Positions 1-10,526 of a stretch of 64,000 nucleotides of DNA are shown here, one piece after another. The stretch comes from a virus. The stretch is from the IMG/VR virus record IMGVR_UViG_3300006751_000008, positions 2,363-66,362 of that record, one strand, 5' to 3'. The stretch's first letter is position 1. Each line of letters starts with the position of its first letter. The translations under genes were made by a program, and so were the position numbers. The notes under the pieces were generated by a model. The model did not search any database and was not told the DNA's origin. It was given only the letters and a program-made list of their open reading frames with translations.

Positions 1-2
1 GT

Positions 3-2015
3 TTACAGGGGGAACGTCCCGATACATTCCTTATGAAAAAGTGGGTGTGGGGACTTGTAGGAAGCAAAGCACCCAATAGTTTAGAAGGGCGACAGAACTA
101 CATAGAGGGCATTGATCTTGTCACTAGGACGTTGGATATCTGCCACACTCCAGAGGATGTCCTTGCGGCTGTCCAAGACCTTGCGTTCCTTCGCTCTGGT
201 TACGAATACACCGACTCCGTTCAAGCAACGCACGGGTACACGCCTGGAATACGTTCGCAGACTCCTGCCGGAATAAGCAGGTATCGCAGCGAGTCCTATA
301 GTCACCACCAAGAAGAGCGTACCTATAAGACGGTCAGTAGTGAATACAGTACGCTGAAGACGGCTGCTGGAGAGATGAGCCGAAGCGATGTAAAGAGTAA
401 GCTAGATAGTTTAGGGGATCGTTTCTATCGTGCCGTAGTACAGAGAAAGCGTTCCAAGAAGGATCTAAAAGACTTCGAGCAGATACGGTTGTGGGGCATC
501 AGCGTAGTTGAAGCGGGCGTCCATGGCGGTCCTGGTGGGTTCATTGATACGACAACAGACCTTGACTGGGCTGACGCCAGAGCAGCTACAGGGTCAAACC
601 TTCCAGAAGAAGAGATGTGGCGAGATCTTGGTGTTCGAGAAGAGGCTAGTCAGAAGGCCAAAGAGAAAGCCAAAGAGAACAAAACAGAGAAGCTCGCAAA
701 CCGATGGAGCAGAGAGGTTCCAGACGATGTTATGCGTAGCGGTAACGTCAAGAAGGTAGAGAAAGCCGACGCCAAAAAGATGGCGGAAGACTTCAACCTG
801 ACAAATGTACAGTTCGGTAAATACATTAGCGACTCTGACGCAGAGCACCACTTGAAGAACTGTCATGGTGCTTTGTATGATTTGGCTGAGATGATGGACG
901 CCAAGGATACGGACATCTCCATGAAGGGTCGTTTGGCTATTGGTATCGGTGCTCGTGGGCGCGGACGCGCTGCCGCGCATTACGAACCTAGCCGGAAGAT
1001 TATCAACCTGACAAAGTTTGCAGGTGGCGGAAGTCTCGCCCATGAATGGGGCCACTTCATGGACAACATTCTAGCAGAAGGCATGAACCTCAAAGGCGTG
1101 GATGCAAAGACTGCACCTAATGTAAGCGACTCAATGGCCAAGTATTTCGATACAGAGGTCATGATAAACAAATTCATGGCGAACAAGCCCGTGTCTGAGG
1201 TGGAGCGTATGCGTCCTGTTCTTGAGGCATTCCGCGAGGTGTGGGCAGCGATGCGCTACGATAGTGTAGAGACACGCAATAGATATATGTATGGCGAGGG
1301 TTATGTAGACGTGGAGGTAGGCGTTGGAGAGACCAAGTTTGCTACTCACTCTGACGCTATGGGTGACTATTGGTCACGACCTCACGAGATGTTTGCACGC
1401 GCTTTCGAGAGCTATATCTCGGACAAGCTGGAGGCCAAGGATCGAAGCAACTCGTACCTAGTCGCAGGAGTAAATACGGCCTACGCGGTAGCGGGGAAGA
1501 TGGTCCAGCCCGATCCTGTGGCGATGGCAGCTTGGCGTACCCGAGAAAGAGAGCACAACGCGAAGCACAAAGCAGCACAAGCAGAGCATTTCAAAGAAGA
1601 GTTCACGAGAGCCGAAGAGGTACTACAAGCTGCTTGGGACGATTGGAATCAGGAATGCTCTATTCAAGCGCAGGCTATTCTCGCTACAGGGAAGCGGCGT
1701 TCAGAGAGTAAAGCAATGAGCGATGCTCGATACACGCCCGAGGCCCAGGCTAAGGGGAATGTTTGGCATACCCTCAACGCGCAGAAGAAAGCGATGCAGA
1801 AAGCAATGGATGAAGTAATGCCTCCTGTGCCTTTCCCGGAAGAGAGGCCCCAACCAGAAGCGGCGCAGCCTTATCCGATGGGAGAAGAGCGCAAGAAGAT
1901 AAATGCCTCGTTCGACAAGTTGGTTGCTGTGTTGAAAGCAGCGGATGCGCTGTCCAAGGCTCTTCTACGAATACAACGTCTACAGACGTTCTCAGACTTG
2001 ATCGGGGGTAAATAA
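3..2015 (+). CDS. Large polyvalent protein with LPD1 zincin-like metallopeptidase domain (5'-truncated by window)
   Basis: GRLAIGIGARGRG..AAHYEP..IINLTK..GGGSLAHEWGH (HExxH) and YWSRPHEMFARAFE motifs; the frame is open from position 3 upstream of the ATG at 33. Confidence 0.85.
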   Translation, partial: LQGERPDTFLMKKWVWGLVGSKAPNSLEGRQNYIEGIDLVTRTLDICHTPEDVLAAVQDLAFLRSGYEYTDSVQATHGYTPGIRSQTPAGISRYRSESYSHHQEERTYKTVSSEYSTLKTAAGEMSRSDVKSKLDSLGDRFYRAVVQRKRSKKDLKDFEQIRLWGISVVEAGVHGGPGGFIDTTTDLDWADARAATGSNLPEEEMWRDLGVREEASQKAKEKAKENKTEKLANRWSREVPDDVMRSGNVKKVEKADAKKMAEDFNLTNVQFGKYISDSDAEHHLKNCHGALYDLAEMMDAKDTDISMKGRLAIGIGARGRGRAAAHYEPSRKIINLTKFAGGGSLAHEWGHFMDNILAEGMNLKGVDAKTAPNVSDSMAKYFDTEVMINKFMANKPVSEVERMRPVLEAFREVWAAMRYDSVETRNRYMYGEGYVDVEVGVGETKFATHSDAMGDYWSRPHEMFARAFESYISDKLEAKDRSNSYLVAGVNTAYAVAGKMVQPDPVAMAAWRTREREHNAKHKAAQAEHFKEEFTRAEEVLQAAWDDWNQECSIQAQAILATGKRRSESKAMSDARYTPEAQAKGNVWHTLNAQKKAMQKAMDEVMPPVPFPEERPQPEAAQPYPMGEERKKINASFDKLVAVLKAADALSKALLRIQRLQTFSDLIGGK

Positions 2016-3658
2016 TGGCTTGGTATGATTTCATTCTTGGAAAGAAAACGGGCGCGTTAGAAGTTATCGAGAAGGGTAACTATAACGGAGCAAAGGCCTC
2101 GGAAGGGCCTGCTCCTCTTCCCAAGTCTTGGGAGATAGACGCGGGCGACTATGCTTTCTCTGAGATGCAAGCCGCTCTTGGGATTGATACGCAAGAGGGA
2201 GCAAACGGGCTCGATTTCAAGACACTCCGAACGATGTCTCGTATCCCTCTGATTAGCGCGATCATCAACACTCGAATCAATCAGGTCGCGGAGTTTTGCA
2301 TACCGCAACAGACGCCCTATTCTTTGGGATATCGTATTGTCTTACGTGATCAGAAGGACGACCCAAGCCCTGCCGATGTCAAACGCATTGAAGAAATGAC
2401 CCGTTGGGTTTCTACCTGTGGAGACACACGTCTTGGGTACGATAACCGCTTTGAGACTTTTATTCGTAAGGTTCTCCGTGACAGTCTTGTTTTTGATCAG
2501 GCTTGTTTCGAGGTGGTCAAGACGCGAGGGGGGAAGATTGCCGGGTTGCTTGCTGTGGATGCTAGTACCATTCGACGAGCTAAGTTGTCAGAAAAGGAAA
2601 TAAAGTCCGGTCGGTACGATCCTGCGAAGACCGGGTATGTGCAGGTACTAAGCCAGAAGAAGGTCGCTGAGTTCGATAGTGACGAGTTGGTTTTCGGTGT
2701 ACGGCGTCCACGGACGTGGATCAAAAGCAACGGCTACGGATATCCAGAGCTTGAAGAGCTTATCCGAGTTGTGACGAACCTGCTCAACGCAGAGAACTTC
2801 AACGCGAACAACTTTACTCACGGTATGCACGTCAGTGGTATCTTGGCTGTCAAGTCTAAGATGAACCCCCAGCTATTCCGTAGCTTCCGGCGTGAGTTCT
2901 ACGCGATGCTTTCGGGCGCAGCAAATGCACACAGAACACCTATCATCCAGCTAGACCCGGAAAACAAGGAAGAGCTACAGCAGGTGAACATGAGCCAATC
3001 CAACAAGGATATGGAGTTCACTTCGTGGTTGAGTTTCTTGTTACGTCAAGCATGTATGGTGTACGGAATGGACGCGGCAGAGCTTGGTTACCAGTACGGT
3101 AACGAAAATCAGACCAGTTCCATGAACTCAGGCGGTCCCGGAGACCAACTGACGTATTCGCGAGAGCGTGGTCTACGCCCGATGCTTCGGTCAGTCCAAT
3201 CGTGGATAAACAGCGGAGTCATCTGGAAGATTGATCCTGAACTCATGATCGAGTTCGTAGGTTTCGATTCGATGTCCGAGAGCCAGAAAGTAGACCTGGA
3301 TATAAAGGCTTGCCAGAACTTCCGAACGATCAACGAGACCCGCGCCATGTACGACTTGGAGCCGTTGGAGTCTGCTGTTGGTGATATGATCATGAACGCC
3401 AGCTACATGAATACAGCTTCCATGATGGACGCGCAGGAAGGTGGCGACGAAGAAGGTGCAGGCTTTGAAGGTGGCGAAGGTGGCGACGAAGAAGGTGCAG
3501 GCTTTGAAGGTGGCGACGATGAAGGCGCGGACTTTGGAGGCGACGACGACTTCGACGTAGACAAACTATTGTCTGGGATAGGCGGAGAGACCGAGAAGGT
3601 CCAGAAGAGCCTGAAACGCAAGCCGAAGATAACATCGGTCACTGTGGAGGTAGAATGA
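2015..3658 (+). CDS. Portal protein
   Basis: 547 aa; portal-like segments (VLRDSLVFDQACFE, NGYGYPELE, KDMEF, ERGLRPML, RTINETRA); position at start of head module. Confidence 0.93.
   Translation: MAWYDFILGKKTGALEVIEKGNYNGAKASEGPAPLPKSWEIDAGDYAFSEMQAALGIDTQEGANGLDFKTLRTMSRIPLISAIINTRINQVAEFCIPQQTPYSLGYRIVLRDQKDDPSPADVKRIEEMTRWVSTCGDTRLGYDNRFETFIRKVLRDSLVFDQACFEVVKTRGGKIAGLLAVDASTIRRAKLSEKEIKSGRYDPAKTGYVQVLSQKKVAEFDSDELVFGVRRPRTWIKSNGYGYPELEELIRVVTNLLNAENFNANNFTHGMHVSGILAVKSKMNPQLFRSFRREFYAMLSGAANAHRTPIIQLDPENKEELQQVNMSQSNKDMEFTSWLSFLLRQACMVYGMDAAELGYQYGNENQTSSMNSGGPGDQLTYSRERGLRPMLRSVQSWINSGVIWKIDPELMIEFVGFDSMSESQKVDLDIKACQNFRTINETRAMYDLEPLESAVGDMIMNASYMNTASMMDAQEGGDEEGAGFEGGEGGDEEGAGFEGGDDEGADFGGDDDFDVDKLLSGIGGETEKVQKSLKRKPKITSVTVEVE
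3437..3514 (+). repeat. Perfect 39-bp tandem repeat x2 (EGGDEEGAGFEGG) in acidic portal tail
   Basis: gaaggtggcgacgaagaaggtgcaggctttgaaggtggc at 3437-3475 and 3476-3514, followed by a degenerate partial copy. Confidence 0.9.
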
Positions 3659-6600
3659 TGAGTAACCTTTTCTCAGATATAGTGAAGGGCGGCAAAGAAG
3701 GCGGGACATACACAAGCCGCAAGCGTGTCCTGAAGAAAGACCCAAAGACAGGTCGGATGTCCTGGGGTTGGGGGGATTACAAGTACACAGAGAAGAAGAA
3801 GAAGAAGAAGCAAAGCACCGCAAGTGATGGCGAGAAGTCTACGAAGAAGAAGACGAAGACCGTATCTGAAGGAGCTTCGGTAGATGAAGGCAAGACCTCT
3901 TTAGAGCTTGTACGTGAAGCGATGAAGGCTGCGGGACTGCATGAGCATGTCATACGCGCAAAGGTAAAGCACGAAGGCCAAACATTGGCAGATGTCGCTG
4001 CGGAAGCCAAAGAAGCGCGAAAGAAGATAGAAGACGAAAAAGCAGACAGAAGAGCAAAGCGGGAAGAGGCGCAGAAGAAGAAGCGAGAAGAACGGGCGAA
4101 AGAGTCTGTAGTAGATGCAGTAGAGGAAGATACAGCGGTAGAGGCTCTAAAGGATCAGGAAGAGGTTGTAGAGACCGTAGATACAACCGTGGACCCCGTA
4201 GAGATGGCGCAGAGAGGACTGGTCCGGTTGGTTCGTAAGAACAAAGACGGGATCGAAGTGGCTAAGTGGGTGACGGGACAGACATACCAATTCCACAAAG
4301 AGAACAAAACGGAGTTTTGGGACACGACCGATGCTCCTGTTTCTGAAGCCGGAAGTAAGGCGCGTCGAGAGGCAGGAGAGAAGCTAAGAAAAGAACAGAC
4401 AGAAGAAGAGAGTAAGGTTCTCGCTGCCGAAGAGTTCGATATGGGTAACCTTGTTGAGCTAGAGGCTTTCAAGGTTTCGGAGAACAGACCTCCGAACTTC
4501 CTCGGACTTATTGCACAGGCGGGTGTAGAGGGAGATCCTCTCAGTCTTGAGCAGTACCGAAAAGGCCCGTTTACCAACTACCGAATAGACGCGACGGCTC
4601 TGCGTAATACAACCCTTCCTTCTGGAGAGTACAACATAAAAGACCTGACGCCTCTACAGCTACTCCTACACACAGGAATGCTGAACAGGCCCCCTGAAGG
4701 TCCACTAAATAACTTCCAGGAAGAGTTTTTCTTCACACTTGTAGGCAGGAAACAGAGGTACTCTCAGCTTTCTCCAGCGATGAAGAACATCTACGCGCCT
4801 ATTGCTAGGAACCTAGCCGGTTGGTGGACGAACCTCACAGATACCGAGAGACAGGCGTTTTGGGACACCTTTGTGGACGAGGATTGGCAGACTACTGTCG
4901 GTAAGGTCGCAGACAAACGGCACGAGAACGCTGATATGCCTCTTCCAGAGGGTATGAACAAGTTCAAGGAGAAGGGATATAACTTCCATGAATACCAACG
5001 AAAAGCTGTAAACTTTGGCGACACAGCCGGACGTGCGATTTGGGCTATGGAGATGGGACTAGGAAAGACTCTCGCCGCTATCGGGCTCTTCCACCAACTC
5101 CGCCAACGTGGGGAGGCAGACCGTATGTTTGTTACCGCACCTCTTTCGGCACATGGTTCGTGGGAGGAGCACTTTCGAGACTTTTCCGACTTGGGGGACG
5201 ACGCCGATAAAAAGACAGGCAGGTTGAAGAAGGGGAAAACAATCATCCTAACAGGAGCTTCCAAGAAGCAACGCCTAGCTGCTTACGAGGCTTGGGATAA
5301 AGGGGAGACCAAGGCCCTGGTTGTCTCTCCAGATACAGTCGCAAAAAGGTGGGTAGAGACTCCTGGGGGTCTAGCCCTCAATCCTGAAAAAGACCAGCAC
5401 GATATACCGGGTAGGTGGGAAGAAGAAGAAGGGAAGAAAAGACCGAAGAGTCCTGAGGCCCAAACCGTAGAAGCGGAACGGAAACAGGCCCTGAAGGATT
5501 ATCCCGATGGTACGTCTATCCGTATCACAGACTCCAGCGGCAAGCCGCGTCGGTACTTCAAGAAGCAGGGCGGGCAGTGGTACGCAGGGGACGCTTTCAA
5601 ATACAAAGAAAACTCCTACAGGACAGTAACAATACAGGAAACTGAAGCTACCTATGCTCTTATAGAAGGACACGAGACAGACACAGAACAAGGTGTCATG
5701 GACGAGATGGAGAATCAGGTTCTTGCTTATCTCCGGGACTACAAAAACTCTCGTAATACTCGTGGCTTGAAAGAGCCTTCCATGGAAGTCATTCCTCCCG
5801 ATTCTGATTATCAGATCATCAAGAACATGATGGAGAAGCACGGGGAGACTACTCTCCGAAACGCGGACGAGCTACACAAGTTCAAAGACCCGAAGAGTGC
5901 TCGTGGTTCTGGTTTCGTAGATGCCATATGCAGACCTCCCGGACGAGTGGTCGGTATGACAGGGACGCCCAAACCTAACGGGGCAGAAGACTTCTACCAT
6001 ATCGTAAATGCAATCGCTCCAGGCACACTTGGGGACACAGTAAACGATTTTGCTGACCGATACTGCTACACAGACGGCAAAGACAAGAAGATCCTCGGTT
6101 TCCGCCCGGAAGAGTTGGGCACTATGTACCGAGATTCTGGTTCTGCTTTCTTCGCACGAACTACGGCTGACCCGGATGTAGAGATCAATCTTCCAGAGCG
6201 TGTCGATCTATCTCCCCGTATCCCAATGGATGATGTGCAGGAGCAGATCTCCACACGCCTTGTCGAGTGGATGAAGATCCGAAACAAGATAGCTAAACTG
6301 AACGCCATGGCTCGGGGGAGCGGGGAGCGCGCAGAAGCGGCAGGAATGGAGGCAGAAGCCCTCCAAGATATGCTTGATAAAGCCCGTTCTGACGACAACG
6401 AAGATGCAATCGACAGGACAGCAGCGAGGGCTGCTCCATGGGATCACCAAGTGGCTATGATGAGGTGGCAACAGCTTGCTGTAGATCCTAGCCTCCTGGA
6501 TACACAAGAAGGGTATTCCCGAAGGTTTTCCGACGACTATCCTGGGTACTTGAGCCCGAAACTCGATAACGTGACAGACGCCTGTATGACGCACCTTACG

Positions 6601-7254
6601 CAGAACCCGGATAAAGGGGCTGTGATTTTCTGCGAATACAACGGTGGGGTACGAGGAGCAAAGCAGGCACTCATTCAGAAGGGCCTGAAAGAGTCCGATA
6701 TCGGTGTCTACACAGGAGCTACTTCGGCAACGAAAAGAAGACAGCTACAAGCGGACCTAAACGAAGGAAGAATCAAGGTTCTTGTTGGTAACACAGCAGC
6801 ACTTGAGACCGGGGCAAACCTTCAGAAAAGAGCGAACTGGGTGGGTATGCTAAACACTCCTTGGGATCCTGCGCGTCTTACGCAGTCCATTGCGCGTGTT
6901 ATGCGACAAGGACAGACAAGCAAGGTTATCGTCTACCGTCCTACTGGGTCGCACGTCGAAGAGCAGATCGAGAGGACAGTATCCAGGAAGATTCTGCAAG
7001 CGGCACAGGCCACAGGCAGGACAATGGAGGCGGACGACGCTATTGCGGGCTCTATGCGTAAACCAGGGAAAACCGGAACCTCTGCCGCCATTATCGCGGA
7101 GATTCTCGGAGTAGACCCTAGCGTATTCATGAAAGCCGACGAGAAGCCTCTCACTCTTGAAGAGATGGAAGAGAAGCAGCGTGAAGATGCCGATAGAGCA
7201 CGCGAACGAGCAGCTAAGAAAGCGGCCAAAGAAAACGCAGAAGGAGAAAAGTAA
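3655..7254 (+). CDS. SNF2/SWI2-family SF2 helicase, probably virion-associated (DarB-like position)
   Basis: Motif I MEMGLGKT, Walker B DELH, motif III MTGTP, motif V ETGANLQ, motif VI QSIARVMRQGQ; lies between portal and MuF genes. Confidence 0.9.
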   Translation: MMSNLFSDIVKGGKEGGTYTSRKRVLKKDPKTGRMSWGWGDYKYTEKKKKKKQSTASDGEKSTKKKTKTVSEGASVDEGKTSLELVREAMKAAGLHEHVIRAKVKHEGQTLADVAAEAKEARKKIEDEKADRRAKREEAQKKKREERAKESVVDAVEEDTAVEALKDQEEVVETVDTTVDPVEMAQRGLVRLVRKNKDGIEVAKWVTGQTYQFHKENKTEFWDTTDAPVSEAGSKARREAGEKLRKEQTEEESKVLAAEEFDMGNLVELEAFKVSENRPPNFLGLIAQAGVEGDPLSLEQYRKGPFTNYRIDATALRNTTLPSGEYNIKDLTPLQLLLHTGMLNRPPEGPLNNFQEEFFFTLVGRKQRYSQLSPAMKNIYAPIARNLAGWWTNLTDTERQAFWDTFVDEDWQTTVGKVADKRHENADMPLPEGMNKFKEKGYNFHEYQRKAVNFGDTAGRAIWAMEMGLGKTLAAIGLFHQLRQRGEADRMFVTAPLSAHGSWEEHFRDFSDLGDDADKKTGRLKKGKTIILTGASKKQRLAAYEAWDKGETKALVVSPDTVAKRWVETPGGLALNPEKDQHDIPGRWEEEEGKKRPKSPEAQTVEAERKQALKDYPDGTSIRITDSSGKPRRYFKKQGGQWYAGDAFKYKENSYRTVTIQETEATYALIEGHETDTEQGVMDEMENQVLAYLRDYKNSRNTRGLKEPSMEVIPPDSDYQIIKNMMEKHGETTLRNADELHKFKDPKSARGSGFVDAICRPPGRVVGMTGTPKPNGAEDFYHIVNAIAPGTLGDTVNDFADRYCYTDGKDKKILGFRPEELGTMYRDSGSAFFARTTADPDVEINLPERVDLSPRIPMDDVQEQISTRLVEWMKIRNKIAKLNAMARGSGERAEAAGMEAEALQDMLDKARSDDNEDAIDRTAARAAPWDHQVAMMRWQQLAVDPSLLDTQEGYSRRFSDDYPGYLSPKLDNVTDACMTHLTQNPDKGAVIFCEYNGGVRGAKQALIQKGLKESDIGVYTGATSATKRRQLQADLNEGRIKVLVGNTAALETGANLQKRANWVGMLNTPWDPARLTQSIARVMRQGQTSKVIVYRPTGSHVEEQIERTVSRKILQAAQATGRTMEADDAIAGSMRKPGKTGTSAAIIAEILGVDPSVFMKADEKPLTLEEMEEKQREDADRARERAAKKAAKENAEGEK

Positions 7255-8429
7255 TGGACGCCTGGACTGCACGAGAACGTATTTTAGCGTTGACGCCTGT
7301 AAACGGTGTGAAGCCTGTGGACATAGGGGCCGATACACGTATCCGGCTATGCCGGGAGCTTCGCGACTACCTCGACAAGGAGCCTGATGCTTTTATTCCG
7401 ACGTGGTTGTTGGAAGAGACAGAGCACAAGATGAACCGAAAGAAGAACCACGTTGTTCTTTCTGATGCTCAAATGGAGGCTGTCCAAGACCTAGATAAGG
7501 CTCTTCTGTACGAGGATATCATCGACTTGGTAAAGGACGCAGGCGGATGGGAAGCAGGTCCACGGGGAGGTACGCGAAGGAAACTACCTTCTGGAAAGTG
7601 GCAGTACAAACGTGGAAGTTCCGGTGGATCGGGTAAAGCAGAAAAGAAAGAAGATGGCGGTGAGGAACAGTCCTCCCACGGACAGCGATCCATGGAAGCT
7701 GTTGCGGAAGCCATGGATAAGCTACCGGACGGGTGGTCTGTCACTACAGAAGACGGAGTAAAGTTCACCAAGAAGGACGGCAAATGGTACCCCGAGGGTT
7801 CAGACGAGCCTATAGGAAGCGAGGAGTTCGTAGACAAGGAGACAGACAAGAACGGCGGGGACAAGGACAAAGCCAAGAAAGAGTTCAACGGAAGCAAGTT
7901 GAAACTAGCCCTGTGGGCATTCCTGGAAAACTTTATTCCGGGCAAGGACAAAGACTGGAAGATCCAGGTACAGGAGAGAGCAGGGCATACGGACGAGGAC
8001 GAGAAGAAGGACGAGAAGAAGGACAAGAAGGGTACAGAAGAAGCGGAGAAAGCGGAAGAAGACAAAGCTGATGACTCCAAGGAAGAAGACAAAGCCGACG
8101 CCAAGGACGAGGACTCTAAGGAAAAAGACTACTACCGTTACCCTCTTGGTCGTCCAACCAAGGGATCCAAGGACAAGGACAAGAAGAAGACTGAACGGTA
8201 TAAGCCGATGCGGGACAAGCTAGAGAGGCACCCCGACGCACCTAAAGGCTACGAGCCCGATCCGAAGAGTAGCAACAACGCCCATGTAGATAAGACAGGC
8301 AGAAAGTGGTATCCGCCTCCTCAGAAAAAGGAGACTGCCAAGAAGGAAAAGACGAAGAAAAGTCTTTCTTTTTCTGATGCTCTTCACGAGGCTTTTGTGC
8401 AGATGGAGGAGGCGAAGAAAAGACGATGA
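7254..8429 (+). CDS. Lys/Asp/Glu-rich putative internal head protein
   Basis: 391 aa, coupled by overlap to both neighbours in the head operon; low-complexity charged sequence. Confidence 0.6.
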   Translation: MDAWTARERILALTPVNGVKPVDIGADTRIRLCRELRDYLDKEPDAFIPTWLLEETEHKMNRKKNHVVLSDAQMEAVQDLDKALLYEDIIDLVKDAGGWEAGPRGGTRRKLPSGKWQYKRGSSGGSGKAEKKEDGGEEQSSHGQRSMEAVAEAMDKLPDGWSVTTEDGVKFTKKDGKWYPEGSDEPIGSEEFVDKETDKNGGDKDKAKKEFNGSKLKLALWAFLENFIPGKDKDWKIQVQERAGHTDEDEKKDEKKDKKGTEEAEKAEEDKADDSKEEDKADAKDEDSKEKDYYRYPLGRPTKGSKDKDKKKTERYKPMRDKLERHPDAPKGYEPDPKSSNNAHVDKTGRKWYPPPQKKETAKKEKTKKSLSFSDALHEAFVQMEEAKKRR

Positions 8430-8704
8430 AAGTACGCATAGAAGAAAGCAGAGAAGGCGAGTTTGCAGAGTCAACCGCGCCAGAACTTCGAGAGAAAGCG
8501 TCTATGGCGGTAGGTCAGGTTCTGACCGAGCTAGGATACTGTGGCGACCTTTTATCTAAGGCCCTGCCTCGTGGCGGAGAGATCCAAGTGCTAGAGGAAC
8601 TAACACAGATGACTGTACGCGCATACGAAAGCCGTATGGACCACCTTCGGAAAGCTATTGAGAGCAAGGTCAAAGAGGCCATAGAAGAAGGTATCGAAGA
8701 CTAA
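8426..8704 (+). CDS. Hypothetical head-module protein
   Basis: 92 aa; ATGA and TAATG overlaps with neighbours; GGAGG upstream. Confidence 0.7.
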   Translation: MKVRIEESREGEFAESTAPELREKASMAVGQVLTELGYCGDLLSKALPRGGEIQVLEELTQMTVRAYESRMDHLRKAIESKVKEAIEEGIED

Positions 8705-9807
8705 TGAAAAGGCGTGTCCTACAGGCTGCGATCAAAGAGATGATTCGGGCACACCACGAGGCGTTCGTCGTGGAGCTTTTCGGACATGACAGATTGGGTA
8801 TGTCTGCCGAAGAAGTACAGCGTATGTGGGACAAGGATCTGTTTCCAGACACTAATATGCTGACTGGTGTAAAGATCTCTATTCCAGGGTTCCCCGATGA
8901 AATAAACCCTTTCGAGTACACAGCACTCGTCGCAGCAGCCACGAATAAAGCCACACAAGAGCAAAGAGAAGCGATGCGTAGCTGGGGTATCAATGAGTGG
9001 AACAAAGAGCTAGGCAAGGAGCTTGCCATAAGAGAGGGGGAGGAAGCGGCATACGCAGAAGAGAGGGCACGAAATATACCTAGACCCGAGAGCCAAGCTG
9101 TCGGAACTATCGATATGTCTCGCCCGTCTTCCGCAAGCACAGAGCCTCCCACAACACGGTTGCCGATAGCTCCAGAAGTACAGGTTCCAGAATGGATGAG
9201 TTCTCAGGAGGAGTATTCCTATAAACAGGCTATCACCTTCGCGGGGGACTTCTGCCGAGGGCTTGGTAACAAGGTATCCGATAAAGCAGACGAATGGCTT
9301 GTAGAGTCGTGGGATGGCGAACAGATAGTAGACGAGGTGGACCCCGAAAAACGAGCAGCCATTCTCGCGATAATAAGAGAGAAAGTAGCCGACGCGATAA
9401 AGTACCACTGGGACAGCGGCCAACTGTCACGGGAGTTGGCGAATGCTACCGGGAACTGGTCTCATAACTGGGAGATGATCGCTAGAACAGAACTACAGGC
9501 TGTCTATAACGAGGGCATGGTTCTAGGAGCAATCGAGGACTACGGCAAGGACGCCCGAATAGCAAGACTCCCAGAGACAGACGCTTGCAGACACTGCGAA
9601 CGGTTGTTTTTGGATGGGGGAGGATTACGGATCTTCCCTGTACAGGAACTGATTGGTAACGGAACAAACGTAGGAAGACGCGCAGCATCTTGGGTTGCGA
9701 CAATCTTTCCGGTTCACCCAAACTGTCGTTGTGATACTATCGCTGTGCCTCCGGGATTCACAGTGACCCGAGATGGCAGACTTAGGAGAGATTCCGAGCA
9801 GTCATGA
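8704..9807 (+). CDS. Head morphogenesis protein (MuF / SPP1 gp7-like)
   Basis: IARTE, ACRHC and PVHPNCRC motifs. Confidence 0.9.
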   Translation: MKRRVLQAAIKEMIRAHHEAFVVELFGHDRLGMSAEEVQRMWDKDLFPDTNMLTGVKISIPGFPDEINPFEYTALVAAATNKATQEQREAMRSWGINEWNKELGKELAIREGEEAAYAEERARNIPRPESQAVGTIDMSRPSSASTEPPTTRLPIAPEVQVPEWMSSQEEYSYKQAITFAGDFCRGLGNKVSDKADEWLVESWDGEQIVDEVDPEKRAAILAIIREKVADAIKYHWDSGQLSRELANATGNWSHNWEMIARTELQAVYNEGMVLGAIEDYGKDARIARLPETDACRHCERLFLDGGGLRIFPVQELIGNGTNVGRRAASWVATIFPVHPNCRCDTIAVPPGFTVTRDGRLRRDSEQS

Positions 9808-10526
9808 AAACCTTCGACTCATTTAGCGTCTGGACGCCCTTTGTGGCCTTAGAGAAGTCCACAAGTAAGCCAGAGCCTATGACCGGGCGGATTGGCGGGA
9901 TTATATCCACTGAGTCCAAGGATTTCCAAGGTGAGACCATCACGCAAGATGGCGTTGATTGGTCCTACTTCATGAAACACGGCTGGTTCAACTACGAACA
10001 CCAGTCCGGTCCAGAGAATGTTCTAGGGCACCCCGAAAGAGTCACAACGCAAGGGGGACAAACCCGTGTCGAAGGAGTCCTTTATTTGGCAAAGTCCAAA
10101 GCAAAGGAAGTGTTCGAGACTGCTGTTGCTATGTCGAAGGCGGGCAATATGCGGACGTTGGGCTTTTCTGTCGAGGGACAGGTACTAGCCCGTGAGAAAA
10201 AAAGAATCTTAAAGGCGCGGGTTTTAAATGTTGCTGTGACAGCACATCCAGTCAACCCGGACGCCCGTTTAGAGGTGCTCTCCAAGGCGTTTGGTGCGTC
10301 TGTTGGGTACCAGACCCCTGCCGGAATGGGCGGCAATATCACGCCACTCATTCCGCAATCCCTTGAGTCGGTTCCAGCTATCGCTTCTTATGGAGTATAT
10401 GCTATGAACCGCAAGAAGTTGACAACACAAGACCTAGCCCTGCTTTTGCACACTACGTTTCCGAAGTTGGGTCATGGAAAGGCGTTGTCTATAGCTGTAG
10501 AGATAGCCCGAGTCGTTGGAAGATGA
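9804..10526 (+). CDS. Prohead protease
   Basis: ISTESKDFQGE, GWFNYEH, LGFSVEG and VAVTAHPVN motifs of SPO1/Twort-type prohead proteases. Confidence 0.9.
   Translation: MKTFDSFSVWTPFVALEKSTSKPEPMTGRIGGIISTESKDFQGETITQDGVDWSYFMKHGWFNYEHQSGPENVLGHPERVTTQGGQTRVEGVLYLAKSKAKEVFETAVAMSKAGNMRTLGFSVEGQVLAREKKRILKARVLNVAVTAHPVNPDARLEVLSKAFGASVGYQTPAGMGGNITPLIPQSLESVPAIASYGVYAMNRKKLTTQDLALLLHTTFPKLGHGKALSIAVEIARVVGR

Noticed and set aside
3791-3810. (AAG)n tract as a phase-variation site
   Set aside because: A trinucleotide unit preserves frame and lies in a Lys-rich disordered segment
7469-8104. Long antisense ORFs (e.g. 7469-8104, 15946-16683, 34545-35249)
   Set aside because: Shadow frames of real genes with low-complexity translations; scarcity of TTA on the coding strand reduces antisense stops
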